64,000 nt of DNA, from assembly GCA_964057225.1 (NCBI GenBank), contig OZ059898.1:11036001-11100000 (forward strand), given 5' to 3'. The notes beneath the pieces were generated by a model, which made no database searches, was not told where the DNA came from, and saw only the letters and a program-made list of their open reading frames with translations. The stretch's first letter is position 1, and every line of letters starts with the position of its first letter. The DNA comes from Auanema rhodensis. Taxonomy: Eukaryota; Animalia; Nematoda. The translations under genes and the position numbers were made by a program. Below, in pieces: positions 14,916 through 29,536 of this stretch.

Positions 14916-15838
14916 CTTGTCATTTGTTGTTCTTCCTCTGATTCTATTTTGATATCTGATGTCTTAAGTGTCGTTTCGAGACCATTTTGTAAAATTTCTG
15001 TAGGTGTCATACGTCCATTTGTAGGAGCTGTAAATAAATTGTATACAGAAATAATTTTTTGGATGTAATAATTAATATTTAACACTATATAGTATACATT
15101 TAAAAGATGATATTAAAACATACGAATGATTTTTGTGTTGGAAGAAGTTATAGTCATTGTGTTTTGACTAGAATTCTTCTGGCCATTGGAATCTACGACT
15201 AATTTGGAATCAACATTCATAAAGCCACGCTGAGACTGAAGAAGAAAAAATATTTATACGAATTTTTTTAGATTTCTGGAAAGTAAAGAGAAGGAAGCAG
15301 CTATACCAACTTGGGAGAAATTAGGTTCGGAATTTTCACGATCACTATCACTTGATATGTCAAAATTGAAAGTAACTTGCTGGAATGGGAAAATAAACAA
15401 AGGAAAAACTAAGATGGTAGTAATAATAGAAGTAGCAAACAACTAAGTTGAAGAAAACAGTATACTAGAGGTTAAAGCAAATGCATGTTGCGATCAAGAA
15501 GCGATTCTACCTGTGTTACGGGAGCAGTTGATGGGGGTGCCATTTCCGTCAATGAGCGTACTGAACGATCTGCAAATAATTGAACTTTTTCCACAAAATA
15601 TCATTAAATAGACAAAATAGAGTAAATTCAATTTTTAATTTGAAATCTTAAATTCTTCTTTGTTATATATTATATTAAAAATATTTTCTGAATTCTCAAA
15701 TATCAGAATGAACAAAAAAAAGAAAAATAATTACTTTTTAATCATTGAATTATATGATTTACAGTAATCATTACATCAACTATTCTCTCTTTTCCTCTCT
15801 CTCTTTCTCTCTCTTCCTTTCTCTCTCTTTTTCTTTTT

Positions 15839-15908
<70 letters not shown>

Positions 15909-18900
15909 CTCTCCCTGTCTTCTCATTCAATCTTTATTTTCCAAACAAGATAATACAATCATGTCAAAGTTAATTGTGAAAAACTAATTCTTACTGTGAT
16001 AAAGCATAAGGTGAAAATTTAAGAAGAGAAATTATTAAATAAAACCTCAATGGTATAAAATGTGCTGAGAAATCAAATGAAAGTAAAAAGAGATAATGTA
16101 TTGAGTATGCACCAAACTTCACACCTCAAAAAAGTTCATTTGTTCTAATTCGCGCATGAATCAAGCATAGTTCATACGTGAATATGAGCATTTTTGAATC
16201 TAATCTCCCCACCCTCACGATCAAATCTAATCCTTCCACCCTCATGGTCTAATCCTTCCACCCTCATTCATATTTTTTTTCATTTTTTCCGTGATGAATG
16301 AAATTTTTTTCGTGTCAAAACAATATTTATAACATGGAACTGTTAACTATACCATTTTTAGGTGTGACAGGTTTAAATGGTGCTGGTCCAGGGCAAGACA
16401 TCTTGGGACTTTTGGAGCAGATAGCATCCTTTTCATAGTAATCAAAGCAATTCCATCTACCCCGTTTGTACTTACTTTCTACGGGAACAATCTGAAAGAG
16501 AAAGAAAACATACATATGGTTGTATTTCAATAACATGTTCCAGGAATTTACTTACCCTAAATCGAGATGCTGCCATACTGCCCTGTGTATGGGAATAGTC
16601 CACAGATTTTGAAAAGTTGGGTTGAAGATATTTTTGTTGTTGAACTGTAAAAGAAACAACTTAAAATGAAATAAAATCACTATTTTTAAGGGAAAGAGGA
16701 AAACTTCTGTAATATTTTTTCTCTAATTTGTATTTAAAACAAATATTTTATTGAAAAAAAAAGATATATCATATTCTAATTTTGTTTATTTATTGAGAAA
16801 CTGAGTAAAGTCTATAGATTCATATGGCAATGACAGTGCTATAGTCAAACAGACAGAACTACAGCACCGAATTGAACGTCATGAAAAGAATTTGAAAACA
16901 GAAAAAATATAGTCAATATATGTAATTTGTTCAGAAATTTGAAAAAATTGTGTCAGGCTAAATGCTTATGTATAACATACCATATACCGAGATGTTTTAT
17001 AATAAAATACAATAATTATGGAAATTTTGTAAAAAAAAAGTTTATTAAATTCTAAAGATTTCAATAAAACTTAAAGCTTTAATATTTAGATCATTCATAT
17101 GAATTTCAAACACAAATGATTCACAAAATTAAAGTTTTTATCTAAAAATGTTTTAACAAAAGGCTTTAAGAATAAGCTTTAATGATAAGGATAGATCATG
17201 GATTAAAATTTTTGAAAAAATCTTTGAACAATCATACAAAAGATTTATTTGATTTTTGATGAATACAAATTTGAAAGAAAGAAATTAAAGTTTGAGATAA
17301 TGATAGAAATATACGGATTAAAACGCTTCGAACCTTATTTTATAATTATATTTTATCAAAATATTCATCTTTTGTTTAAAAGCATTTATCAATATTTTAA
17401 TAAAAATTAATAGAAAATTATTAAAAAGTTACTAAAAATTGGTTTTTGACAAGAAAAACAATATTCTTGTCTGGTTTTCCCTTACAAGTCATATAGGTAC
17501 CTAATTCTTATCAGTTCTTATTATATAAAAAAATGGTGCTTTCCAAGAAAAAGTTAATTAGAAGTGTTTGTAAATTGTCAGATTATCACTTAGTGACACA
17601 AAATTTAATTAAATTAAATAGAAACTTTGAAGAATAAAAACGTAAAATCAAATATCTTAAAATCAACTTCGAACTGTGACCTTTAGTTTAGGCAAAAAAC
17701 GGAAATACGATTAGCATGATTCATGACTAGAGCGTTCTTGAGAAAAAAACATACTTCCTAATATATCAAGCCAAATATAAATTTGTGCAGAAGAACAAAG
17801 AATAGTTAAATAACTTCTAAACTCAAAACATTAATATCAAAAATCTGTAGATAATGAACGAAAATATTTTAAATTTGTCCTTGATAGGTTTGTGAGCCAT
17901 TTTACAAAACAATAATTGCTAGTCTAGAAGATAAATATGAATTTCAAAACTTTAAAATCAAGTTCATCATACTTATGCTCTTCTTTATTCTTTTTTTCTT
18001 TCTCATCTCTGCTTCTCTGTGTGGCACGTGGCACCTGGATATTAAGTTGAGTCCATCAGCTGATGGAAAAAGTGGATAAGCTCATCTATCTCGGAGGGAG
18101 AGAAAATGAAAAGAAGAAACATTGGCATTAAGGTCAATGAGATTCATGGGATTCAAGAATTCTTCAACGTAGAAAAATAAAAAACAAGAGCATGTCGTAG
18201 TTATTAAGTGTGATAGCTGAGCTGCCGGCAAACTGTGAAATGTCTATTTGAGGAGAATAGATGCGATTTAGTCGAGGTCCGTAGTGAAAATACATACACT
18301 TGGCAATTCTTCCCCAGAAAACAACCAATGAATCATCTTCATCTTCACGTTTTTTTTCGGAAATAGGTCTTGTACAAAACAAGATTTTTTCTTCAATCTT
18401 ATGTTACGTATTTTGTAGTGATTCTCCCTTCATCACCAAAAGGTTTGTATCTTATTTATCCATATAATTCTTTTACTTTCGTTCAAAGTATGCTTTCGTT
18501 GAGTTCTTCTGATTCAAGATCGCCAGATTGTCAGAAAACTGATGAAAAACAGGCAAAACAGACATCGTTATCAGAAGGTGATAAGTGGATCAATTGTATT
18601 GTAAACAGGAGGCCACCAAGATACTTACTGACTTCGTTTATGCAAGCCATTCTGAACAGCCCCAGCCCATTTCAAATAATATTATTTGAATGAACTATTT
18701 TAAAAGGAAAGGAATGTTGGAGCATAATTGTAAACGTACATGTAAACTCTCTATCTCACGAAGCAAAAATATAAAGATGAAAACAAGTACGAATTAAATG
18801 ATAACGAAACATGAACTTTGACTTTGCATTCATCGCACTTTCCTCAAAATATATGTCATTTTCTGAAATATTCAAGAACATATGTCTATGATCTTCAGGA

Positions 18901-21900
18901 AAAATTATAAAGGTATTTTACATGCCGTGTAAGTGTTCATGGTTCCAAAAACGAAAAATCAATCATTCAATTAACAAATCTAATTTGATGAGACATATTG
19001 GCAATGAACAATGGTTCGATCACTAGAAATTCAAAACAAACTTTGGGCTATTTCTGTTAAGCTTAGTTCGTGGTGTTGTATTACTTATGAGATCATCTTT
19101 GATTAATATTTAAACTGTTGATATTTTATGATAATTTGTCTAAAAGTTTTTTTTGTTTTATATTCTTTTAATTCTTTTCAAACTATAAATCACAACTCAT
19201 TCGATTTTCGAAGGAAGAAAATCAGTATCAGTGAATAATAAAAACTATGTTGTTTTTAAAAGGACAGTTGAATCAATTTTAATACTTCCAAATCTTCAGA
19301 AAAAAATTTTCTTCTGAGATAATTTAACCAGAACTTTTTTTTTGCTTTCTCACCATTTTAAAGTCTATTAAGAGATCCAGATGATTATAACATGAGTGAA
19401 AGAAAGACCGACATTCGTGTTTTTCCTCTGATTTTATGTTTAATCCTGTTGTTTTTTTTACTTAAGACAAGCACAATAAATACATAAATTGTATTATAGG
19501 GGAAATCATTCTGAACTAAGTTAAAATCAAGAAATATCTCTGAATAAGTTCTAGCTTTAATCAGGAGCATACATACAAGTGCAGTTGTATGTTTCAATCG
19601 ATAACCTCAATCAATCTTCATTAGAAGATAGGATAATTTGGAAAGATTTTAGTTTAATTCAGTAAAAAGAGAAGTGGAATGAATGAAGAATAGATAAATT
19701 TAAAGATCAATATAAAAAGGAAGAAAGAGAAAAGAAGGACATATGAAAATTTTTGGAGAATAAAAAAATTCAAAAAAATACAAAAAATATGAGAATACAA
19801 GTTGTGAAAAGAAAATTTTAAACAGGTTCTGAACGAGTATGGGTAGAAAATGAGACTCATGTAAGAAATGAAAGTATTAACTAAATAAACTCACGGGTAG
19901 GTCCACGCTTCATCATTATGCTTGTTGAATGAAAATGTTCCAAAGTTAAACTAATAGTTTTTTCTCTGTGTTGTTTGAGAGGAAAGCTGGGTCTAGTTTG
20001 GCACTAGGGAGAAGATGATATGATCAGAGCTTGATGGGGGTCTGAAAGAGAGAGAAGGGCTGACAAGAGACAGGAAGGTAACCCGACGATGGGGTGGAAT
20101 GGTTAGGGTCCTGGTAGCTTCGACAGGCGCCGTCGATAGTGGCTAGCACCCGGGCTGATTGGAGAAAACGACAGATGAGACAGAGAGAAACAGAGAAAGA
20201 ATTAAAATAAAGATAGAGTAGAGTGGATTGAATACGTAAGCATGAAGATCGCAAGAAAAGAGGAAAGCAAGGTAGTACGGACGTAGAAGATGCGCACTGA
20301 CCAAGAGCGGAAACGAGAGACATAGAGACTTTACTGAGAGATATCACAAAAACAGAATAGATACAGAGAAATAAAAGACAAAGAGAGAACATGAAATATG
20401 ATAAAGTGAGGCTGAGACAGAGAAACTGTTAGATAGTGAAATAGACGAGAAAGTGGGCATATTAGCGAGAATTAGAAAGAAACAAAAATGATTATAAAGA
20501 GCAACAACAGAATGAAAAAAGAAGAGAAAGGCGGGGAAGGAAAAGAGAAAAAATCGTAAGGAGGTGCATCAGAAGTAGAGGGATAAAAGAGGGAGGAGGA
20601 CGGTAATTAATTTTCAGACTGTACTAAATTTGAAACTGATGGTGAGGTGTTTTATAATAAAACAGTTTCATCACATGTACATGCAGTACAATGAACATTA
20701 CAAGAAATGTCTTCAAATATTAGTAATCGAGCTGAATTTGATTGGTCATGATTAGAAAAGATTTAAATGTTAAATTACATTCATGAAACTCAAAACAAAG
20801 GAAATATTTATTTTCATCTCTCAATATGCGATGTTATCATGTCAAAAATTTGAAAACAAATATCTGTTAAAAACTAGAAGATCTTATATATAAGCATATG
20901 CGGGTGTAAAAATTGCCTTATCGAAAGGGTAAATGAATTTACGTGAAATTCAATTTGCTTGAAACAATATTGTCCAGACTCATTTTAATGTGTTTAAGAG
21001 CCATCACCGGCTGCATTCAATTTTAATTTTCAGATTACTTCTCTTAACTTCCTTTCTTACTAACATGTAACAGTTTTTCAAATCACCTTTTTTGATTATA
21101 AGATTTTAAAGTTTTTAATATTTTCTCGGTTATGTTTATGCGTTTTTCTTAGTTTTTCCGGCTGAACACATGAAATAATGCCAAAGTGGAAGGTTTTTTT
21201 AACAAAACGTGACCGTTTATCCGAGAGCTTTCAAGACAAGCTGTTGAAAAAGCTTGATGACAACGTCTTATGTCAACTAGAATTCAAGTTGGCTATCACA
21301 GCGTCTTGTACGACAAGTTTACATTTTCTATCTGAAGAAACCTATGACATATATTCAAAACTTTTACCACTTCAATCAAGTTCATGTTTCGTTTGCATCA
21401 TATTAATGAGCGTATTAATAAAAGCTTTTAGAATTTCTGTACAACATTTTGTCTCTATAGAAGAGATTTTCTCTGATTATTTATACTCTATTTGATTCTT
21501 AAGGCAATGTGATTTGATTTCACTTAAAATAAGATGTAGAAGTAATAATTATCCAGGAAAGATGAGAAGTATAAGTAACCAAACTGTCTTGGATAGGAAT
21601 TCATACAAGAAAATAAAAGAATTTTTGTCTTAATTTCAATGAAAAAAAGATAAAAGTATTTTCATATCTTCATTGAATATAATTAGATACAAAAATTGAT
21701 AAGAGAAGTAGCAATATAAAATGATTAAAAATCATAAATTTAGAAACGACAGATATCTCTATATTTATAATGTGAGAAGGAAATAGACTAAGCAGAGTTG
21801 AATGATAGTGTTATGATTAAGAAATACAAATAAATTAATAAAAATAATATGTAAAATTATAATATTATAATATATGTATACACATACATATCTATATTTC

Positions 21901-22578
21901 TAATAGTAATATACGTTTGTGTTTTTCACATTCATTATTTGTAGTACCAGATGATGATTATTAGAAAAAAAATATTAGATAAAGTCAGAATGATTGAAGA
22001 ATTTTATAAAATTAATAAAAGAAAAAAATTATCGTTTTGCTCTCTCTTCCTCTCTCTATTTCTCAATAAATAACAATGAACTTAATAATAATAACAATAA
22101 TAATAATAATGAACGTAGAATAGAAAATAGATAATAGCTAATAAATTTCAATTATAGTATAGTTAATAATTTATAGAATATATAGTATATTTCTATATTT
22201 GTATGTATATAAAGATCTCATAAAAATGTTCATCACTAAAGCTTGTATATCAAGTTGTAAAATTTTGAACGTATTCAATACCTACTACATATACATATAT
22301 TTATGTATATGAATTTTATATAAATAATAGAAATAATAAATAATAAAATGGAAATTCAATGGAAATCGGTTGAAATATACTAAATACATAAGGTTTATGA
22401 AGTTGATTATGGCTTACTTACACGTATGTATTTTCATTTTTTTCAAATTCATCTGTTGAACCGTTTGTTCACAGGCTTAAATTTTTTTAGTAGCATCAAA
22501 TTCATATTGTTTTTTTATTTCTTATGTTTATAAACTTGTTTATTTTTAAAATAATTATTTTCTTATTTTTATATTAAT

Positions 22579-22613
<35 letters not shown>

Positions 22614-25600
22614 TACATATAGTATAGATATATCAGTATATTGTTGGTGTTTAATTCCAAATACACACATTTGAGTTGAGGAAGTATTATGGGTTGTGAT
22701 CATATACAACTTTCATATGTCCAAGAAATTATTTGAGTAATGACAAAATTTCAACAGTGTTTGGGTTTTTTTTGTTTTCATCATGATAATATCATAATAT
22801 TGTATGTGAATGAAGATACATGTAGATGTACATTGCTATAATAATCTTTTCTTTAAAAAAAAAAGAAAAAAAAGCTCTTGATAATCAAGAAACAACATTC
22901 ATGAGATTCTTCTATGTTTTCAATGTGATAAACAATATTGTTATCATTTTGAAATATAATATGTGAATTTATATTTATGTGATTATAATTAAATCTTCTG
23001 AATAAATAGTCTGGCTCTATGAGAAAAAAATGATATGATAACTATGCAGATCATAATGAATAAACAATAATTGAAGTATTTCTCAATTTATGAATCTCCC
23101 CTGTATATTCTCATACTAGTGGCTTGAACGTTATGCATAAATCTTATGAAGTTCAAAAGAATAAAATTTGTTTCTCAAATGTACGTTATGAGCGAAATCA
23201 TCATACAACTAAAATACATCTGAATAGATTGAACTAATAAAGAAAAATTTAAAAAGAGATGAAAACGAATTACTAGAAGATTAAAAAAATATTCTTTTCC
23301 ATTTTGTTCATTAATTTTTTTAAATGATGTCATCATGTTTCAATTAAAGTTTTAATCATCAGAATTGACTTCAATGTCCACTCATATTCAGGCATTATTA
23401 GGTTTTTTAAATAGCTTAAACAAAAAAAAACGTATGCGATGGAAAGATCTTTTAAATAATCGATACTTAAAATGAATTTCTCAAAAATTGTCAAATTGAA
23501 ATTATGTTTTTTTTTTGTTTGTAGAGAGAACAAATAACAAGTAAAACACTATATTATGACCTGTAAACTTCAACATAGTAATCTGACTTACAAATATTTT
23601 TTGTTTGACAAACTTTGCATGAAAAAGTCTAGATATAAAGGAATATTAAAAGAAAAATCTCTGAGCAAAAACAGTTAGATGAGTCAATGGATGTTGCTAA
23701 CACATGGGTGAGTCGAATAATACATCTGGTCTGCTTCATTTGTGAAATCCATACGAAAAACGAAAGAGTGCTTTTGTATAAAAAAAATGCATAAATTGTA
23801 AGGGGAAAATAGCTCAAAAATTGTCAAGAAGATTTTTTAAAATAATTTTTAATGTTTTTGCATTTCGGTTAAATGCGCTATTCGAATTATATAAATATAA
23901 TTTTTTTTTGATAAAATAATATTTATATTATTATAATATTTATAATTTAAATATCGTATTTAACCGAAATGCAAAAACATTAAAAAAATAACTCATTGTA
24001 GACTGTGAAAAACAAAACTTATGACATCTCTCTACGATATTTAATTAATTTTCAAAGTTTTTTTTTTTCGAATAAATTTTATTTCTACTCACCGAAATAT
24101 TCCGTCATGTCATTAAATATATTATTAGTTAGTAAGAATATCAAGTTTACACAAAGAAGATGCTTCTTCCTCAACTTTTTTGCTTTTAATCATAAACACT
24201 ACATAGTGACCAGTAAATGAATGTTATATGAAAAGATATATAGAACTTCGATTGAACTTTTGTGAATAGAGTGATAGATTATCTGTTAATTCTAGTTTTA
24301 ATATCAACTGACACATGAACTTCGTATATACATAAATATAAATGACGTATAATGTGTACGCAATACTTGCAATCATTCAGATTTTCGAATATAATAATAA
24401 GATATTCAAATCAAATTATTTGATTATATAAATTTCAATCTTTTTTTCGAATAAGAGAAATAAAATTAAAAAACTTACAGCTTGGGAGCGGAGCATCAGT
24501 GTCAGATTCACTTTCACTATCCTTAGAATGTTCATCAATAATACTGAATCTACCTTCGGTCGATGCAAATCGTTTCGGGAGCTCTTCTGTTGGCTGAAAA
24601 CAAAGTTCCAAACAAATATCATTTAATATGAATCTGATTGATGCTTCATTGGTTTACATTGAACTCAAAACACACATGTTTCTTCCGGGCATTTCATGAA
24701 CATCAGTGCAGCGTGTTCCTTGGTCCCCCCCCTCCATTCCCCTTTACCAATATTTTTAAGTTTTTTGTATTTCAAACACATTGAAAGCAATATTAATCAG
24801 TCACAATCATGAAAAATACTTTTTGAAACGTTACATACATAGTTCATAAATATGTTTTTGGCAAAAAAACTTGTTCATTAAACTGTAAAGCTTTGATGGG
24901 ACAGTGGGTACGTACCTGTTTCATAGAAAAAATAATGTTTCTTTCCAAAAAAACTAAAGGAAAAAAGATTCGTGTTATAATATAGAGAGAGAAAAAAATA
25001 TTACACAGTGAATAATGTGAAAAATGTATAGTTGGGGAATGATTTACCTCTGTTCTAAACCAAGGTCAACTTAAAGCTCTGACCTATTACAGGATATGAT
25101 CAAAGTTTTTTTTTACAAAAACTGGTTTTCCGCTTTTGGGTAATACAACTCAATCAAACAACCAATGAGTGAGCATTATACTATGTCATTAACACTTGAT
25201 CAAAATTTGTGGTTTCATATAAACACATAATATAAAATAAAAGAAAAATAAAAATAAATAATTAAAATCATACACTAACCTCTTCTGTAATAGCCTTTCT
25301 CTGAGCAAATAGGCGAGAAGTTGAACTACTGAAAAAATATTATTTATTGTGAGAAAAAGCCGGAAATTTAGAAAAAAAATTGAAGCATTATTTGAATTTT
25401 TGTTGAACATAATTTCAAACAAAGCTTCAATATTTACAAAAAATGTTTGAAATCATCAAAAGCTGCTATCAATAGATAAGCTTTATTTTGTTTGTTCTAT
25501 GTTGTCGACAAAATCTCGCAGAAAAATTGAGAAGTTCAACAATCTACGTGCCATTTTTATGGAATAAATATTGGTTAGAACAATAATAAATAACCTTTCA

Positions 25601-28200
25601 TGTTTTTTTTATTAAAAAAAAAATCAAATGTATTAAGAAGACCTACGCTCTACTTCTGGACATCACATGCTCAGGAGTAAAGTATAGATTTTAAAGAATG
25701 TCAATAAAGAATCAGCTGATTGTGCTCTCTCATTGAGATATTTCTAAACCCAATTTATTTATTAAATAGTTAAACTAACAATCAGTCAAAAGACAGTCGA
25801 AGATAACTGAATTTATTTGATTATCTCACTTCATTTTTCTATATATTATGTATATATTATATAATTTTATAAATATATATTTATTTATCCAAATGAAAAA
25901 TAAACGTTTTTAAATTTTAGAATATTTTTTTGAAAATTCGAAAAAGGATATGAAATATTCTGAAATTTCGCAAAATGTCTTCAATACACATCGGAATAAG
26001 TTAATTAGAAAATAGAGTTAATGAGCTAAACTGAAATGAAAAAAATCGTAGTTGTTCTCTCTTTAGTCTTGGTCAGTTTAAATTTTTTTTTGGAAACATT
26101 TACATTTCTACTGTTCGTTCATTATATTTATCATTTGAAAATACTAAAATATGACGTATATCATATTGAACAGCAAAAAGTGACTATGAAAATTAAGAAT
26201 TGTTTCAACGTTTTTTTCAAATTTTCTATTAAACTAGATCTTTTTTGGAATATACATAATTAGTTTTACACAGCTATTCTATAATAAGCTGAGAATCCAT
26301 TATAATGATCGCAAACAATTGCGGAGTTGTTATCCCATGTTCATTTAAATGTTCGTTCTTCTGAGGTGAATGTTTGAATGATAGCTACGTTACGTTTTTC
26401 TACATGTTCATTCAAATGTGCTTGATATGAAGATTTGAGAATATCTGTAAAACATACCGAACGGAAGTTAGAAATAATGGAACACAGCACATTTGCATTG
26501 AATACTCTTAGGATTATATTAAGCTTCTTTTGGAAGTAACTAGTAGAGCTTTCATACAAACTAGGCTTAAGGTAATTGCATTTCTTTTATAGCTGGTTAG
26601 AAGAATTGCGAATCAATTTTCGTTCTGGAATGTTTCAAAAAAATAGATGAATAGGACAAGAAACAATGAACAAATTGAGATATATGAGAGTAAGAAATAC
26701 GCAGAAGAATGATCTAGTCAAGTCATTTAGACTTCACACAGTTTAATTCTTGTATTATATACAAGGTGAAAATGTTTAATAAAGAAAAGCATTTTATAAT
26801 GAAGTAAAATTTGCACAAAGAGCAATGCAAAAATTGGAATATTTTTTTGATGTTTGAACTTTTTTGAAGTCGAAAAGGAGTGGAAGAAAAAGCGTGAAAA
26901 AGTATAAAGTGAGGTGGATTTCTAACTACAAAGTAAATAAGATTATAACGAAAATTTTGAAAAACGATAAAACAAGTTCAAGCTTCTGCTCTGTAATGAA
27001 TGTGAAATGAAAAATTTTGATCGCAATGCTTCAAACACATATAAGTAGGGTAAACGACGACATCGTTGGCAGCAACAGTGAGTGGGTGGAGGATGACGAG
27101 AAGATGAAAAATGAAGCAATATTGGAATGATAGCTAAAACGAACGGCATCTAAAAAGCAATAAGTCGTTCTCAGAGAAGCAGGTGATGAAGATGTGCTGC
27201 AGAATGAAATTGTGACTTAGAAAATGACAAATATGCTCAAGGGCGGAAGCAGAGAAAAGAGAATATAACACATAGACAAGATTGCAGATAATGATGAGAA
27301 TCCTTTGAAAAGACTAATAAAATTAATTTATTGATCTCGAATGAAGCATAAAGAGCATAAAACATGTTAAAATATAATAATATGCTTTATAAGAACATGC
27401 CGTAGGTCTCTTTATGTACATCGATGTAGCTGTGTGTATGTGCGTGTATGAATGTGAGTGAATGTGTCTGTGTGTGTATTATGTAGGCATGTGTGTGCAT
27501 GTACATATGCTAGTTGTCGCTGAGATTAGAAAAACAGAAGATAGAGAAAAAAAGTTTTGCCAACGATAACAAGTTGATGTTGTGCTTTTGCTAGTTTGTA
27601 TTTTGTTTGAAATCAAGCTTTTAAAAAAAGTTGTTTTAATTTACTGTAAACTAAATATGATATGAAACTTTGACGATAATAACTTATTGAGAAATTGTAA
27701 GCATTAATGGTATACTCAGACAAACAATTAGAGCTTATTGGACGAAAACTATGGGATAATTGCTAAAAGAAAGCTATACAAAATGGTTAAGATGATAATA
27801 ATGTTTATATATAAAATACCGGAGACAAAATGAAGATGTAAAGAAGGATAAAGACAACCAAATGATGAAAGAAGTAGAAACTCATAGCATTAAAAAACAT
27901 AATGAAAAGAAATGCTTTGCAGATCATGACAATAAGCTTATTTAAAGATAAAGATTGTGACTTCAGTGTGGCGTATGTATGTATGCACAAATGAATATTA
28001 GCAATATCATTATAAGAAGTAGTATAGAGAACAATTGTAAAATCCGAAATATATGACAATGTTGATACTTGGTGTATATGATAAGTGAAATATGAGCATT
28101 CATGTGTATGAATTTGGAAGAATTTGGAAAAAAAATCAAATGTTGGACTCAAATCGGAAGTCCGTAAGGTTTTCAAACGTTTTTTTTATAATGTACATAA

Positions 28201-28242
<42 letters not shown>

Positions 28243-29536
28243 CAGTTTAGTAAGTAAAAAAACTGAAACGTAGACTACGCTTCTGACGACAGTCAATTGA
28301 AACGTTATGGAAGCTTTATTATGGCTGATTTTTTTAGCTTTTCCTTCACTGAAACCCTACATATCAAAAAGCAGTGAAGATTCTCAGTATGTTGAATGAA
28401 AATATTTTCTTTTTTTTTGTGAATAGGTTCAGAATTCTATAACTGGCTGATAATAGTAACAAAAAAAAGAAAACAATTTGTTGTATAAATATGTGCAGCT
28501 TGTTTAATTGAAACAAGAAAGAATAGAAATAAATACGAGAGAAGGGGGAGTAGAAGATACAAGAGAGTGAAAAATAAGGATAGATATTCAAAAACTGAGA
28601 AATTATTAGTATTTATTATGATTTGGAAAATAAGATATTGTAATGGAAGAGAGAACCAATGAGAAAGAAGTTAAGAAAACTTTCTTTAAATTAATTTTTT
28701 TAAATCAGTTTTTAACCATATGATTTCAGCTTTGTGTCACTTACTAGCTCTGAAATTTCAGAAATGCTGCCGAAAATAACATGAAACAGTGTGGACAGTG
28801 TGAATTTCGCTTCGAAATAGTTAACAGAATCCCGGACGTCAGCGCTCGCGCTCTAGCTCAAAATTTGAGATATGTAGCTTGATTGGAAATTGAGAACACT
28901 GGTGAAGAAAAAACACAGTTTGGGCTGAAAAAAAATTCGAGAGAGGAATATAGATAATGAGGTAGGAAGAGGTATTGGCATATAGACAGAGAAGCAGCCT
29001 AGGAAAGAGAGACAACCAGACTAGAAAAGATAGGAAACGAAAAAATACTTGAAGGTCTAAGAGTAATGAAAACGAGAAGAACGAGTATCGAAGTAGAGAA
29101 GAGTCCATCTTTGAGAAATAAAACATTAAAACCCAGCACGAAACCTAACATTTCGGGAGAAAAGACAATTTCGTCTAGATGTCCGCTAGAAAAATGAAGA
29201 ATATTGATAACTATATTTACATAAGTATGATATAGTCTATAATTTCATTATCATTTTTCACCATTTTTCGTCACAATGGATTAGGCAACAATGATAGTAA
29301 AAAAAAAGATTGTGATAATCCTATAATGATTTAAAGAATTTGTATTCTATTTTTTCTTATGTATTGATGAAAATCATGTTCTAATAATAATACTATTATT
29401 TACTAAAAATTTGTTAATAAGATTAATATGATGAAAAACCAAAAAAATATATTTACAAATTTTTGTATGAAGCCACTAACCTATAGACCAGCCTCTTTTC
29501 CCGTACTGGAACAGCTCTTAACTTCGGTACATCCAT
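14916..29536 (-). CDS. TSC22/Bunched-family protein, long-isoform N-terminal exons (3' part with TSC-box lies outside the window)
   Basis: Nine phase-compatible exons with GT/AG ends: 29536-29481, 25328-25280, 24593-24479, 16644-16556, 16491-16353, 15569-15511, 15379-15311, 15235-15124, 15027-14916. Translation MDVPKLRAVP...EGRFSIIDE...GSMAASRFRIVPVESKYKRGRWNCFDYYEKD...EEEQQMT has no stop. SRFR..KRGRWxCxD matches motif 2 of long TSC22D/BunA isoforms. The last exon ends at an open phase-2 donor. Confidence 0.82.
15844..15902. repeat. (CT)n microsatellite
   Basis: Direct observation. Confidence 0.95.
16197..16267. repeat. Short tandem repeat, 3 copies of ~TCTAATCCTTCCACCCTCA
   Basis: Three near-identical units visible directly. 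Confidence 0.85.
19895..19916 (-). CDS. Alternative first coding exon (MMKRGPT) of the TSC22-type gene
   Basis: ATG ATG AAG CGT GGA CCT ACC C|gtgagt. The phase-1 donor matches the phase-1 acceptor at 16644. An upstream TTTCAG acceptor at ~20042 is followed by a leader closed in all frames, and a GC-richer island lies at 20050-20330. Confidence 0.65.
22581..22610. repeat. (TA)n microsatellite
   Basis: Direct observation. Confidence 0.9.
23846..23986. mobile_element. Fold-back / MITE-like inverted repeat
   Basis: Perfect 29-bp arms (23846-23874 and 23958-23986), extending imperfectly inward around an AT-rich spacer. Confidence 0.55.
28206..28239. repeat. (TA)n microsatellite
   Basis: Direct observation. 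Confidence 0.9.

Noticed and set aside
24916-24924. ATG AAA CAG|gtacgt as a first exon for the 24593 exon
   Set aside because: Phase fits, but only three codons; the 29536-25328 chain explains the acceptor better.
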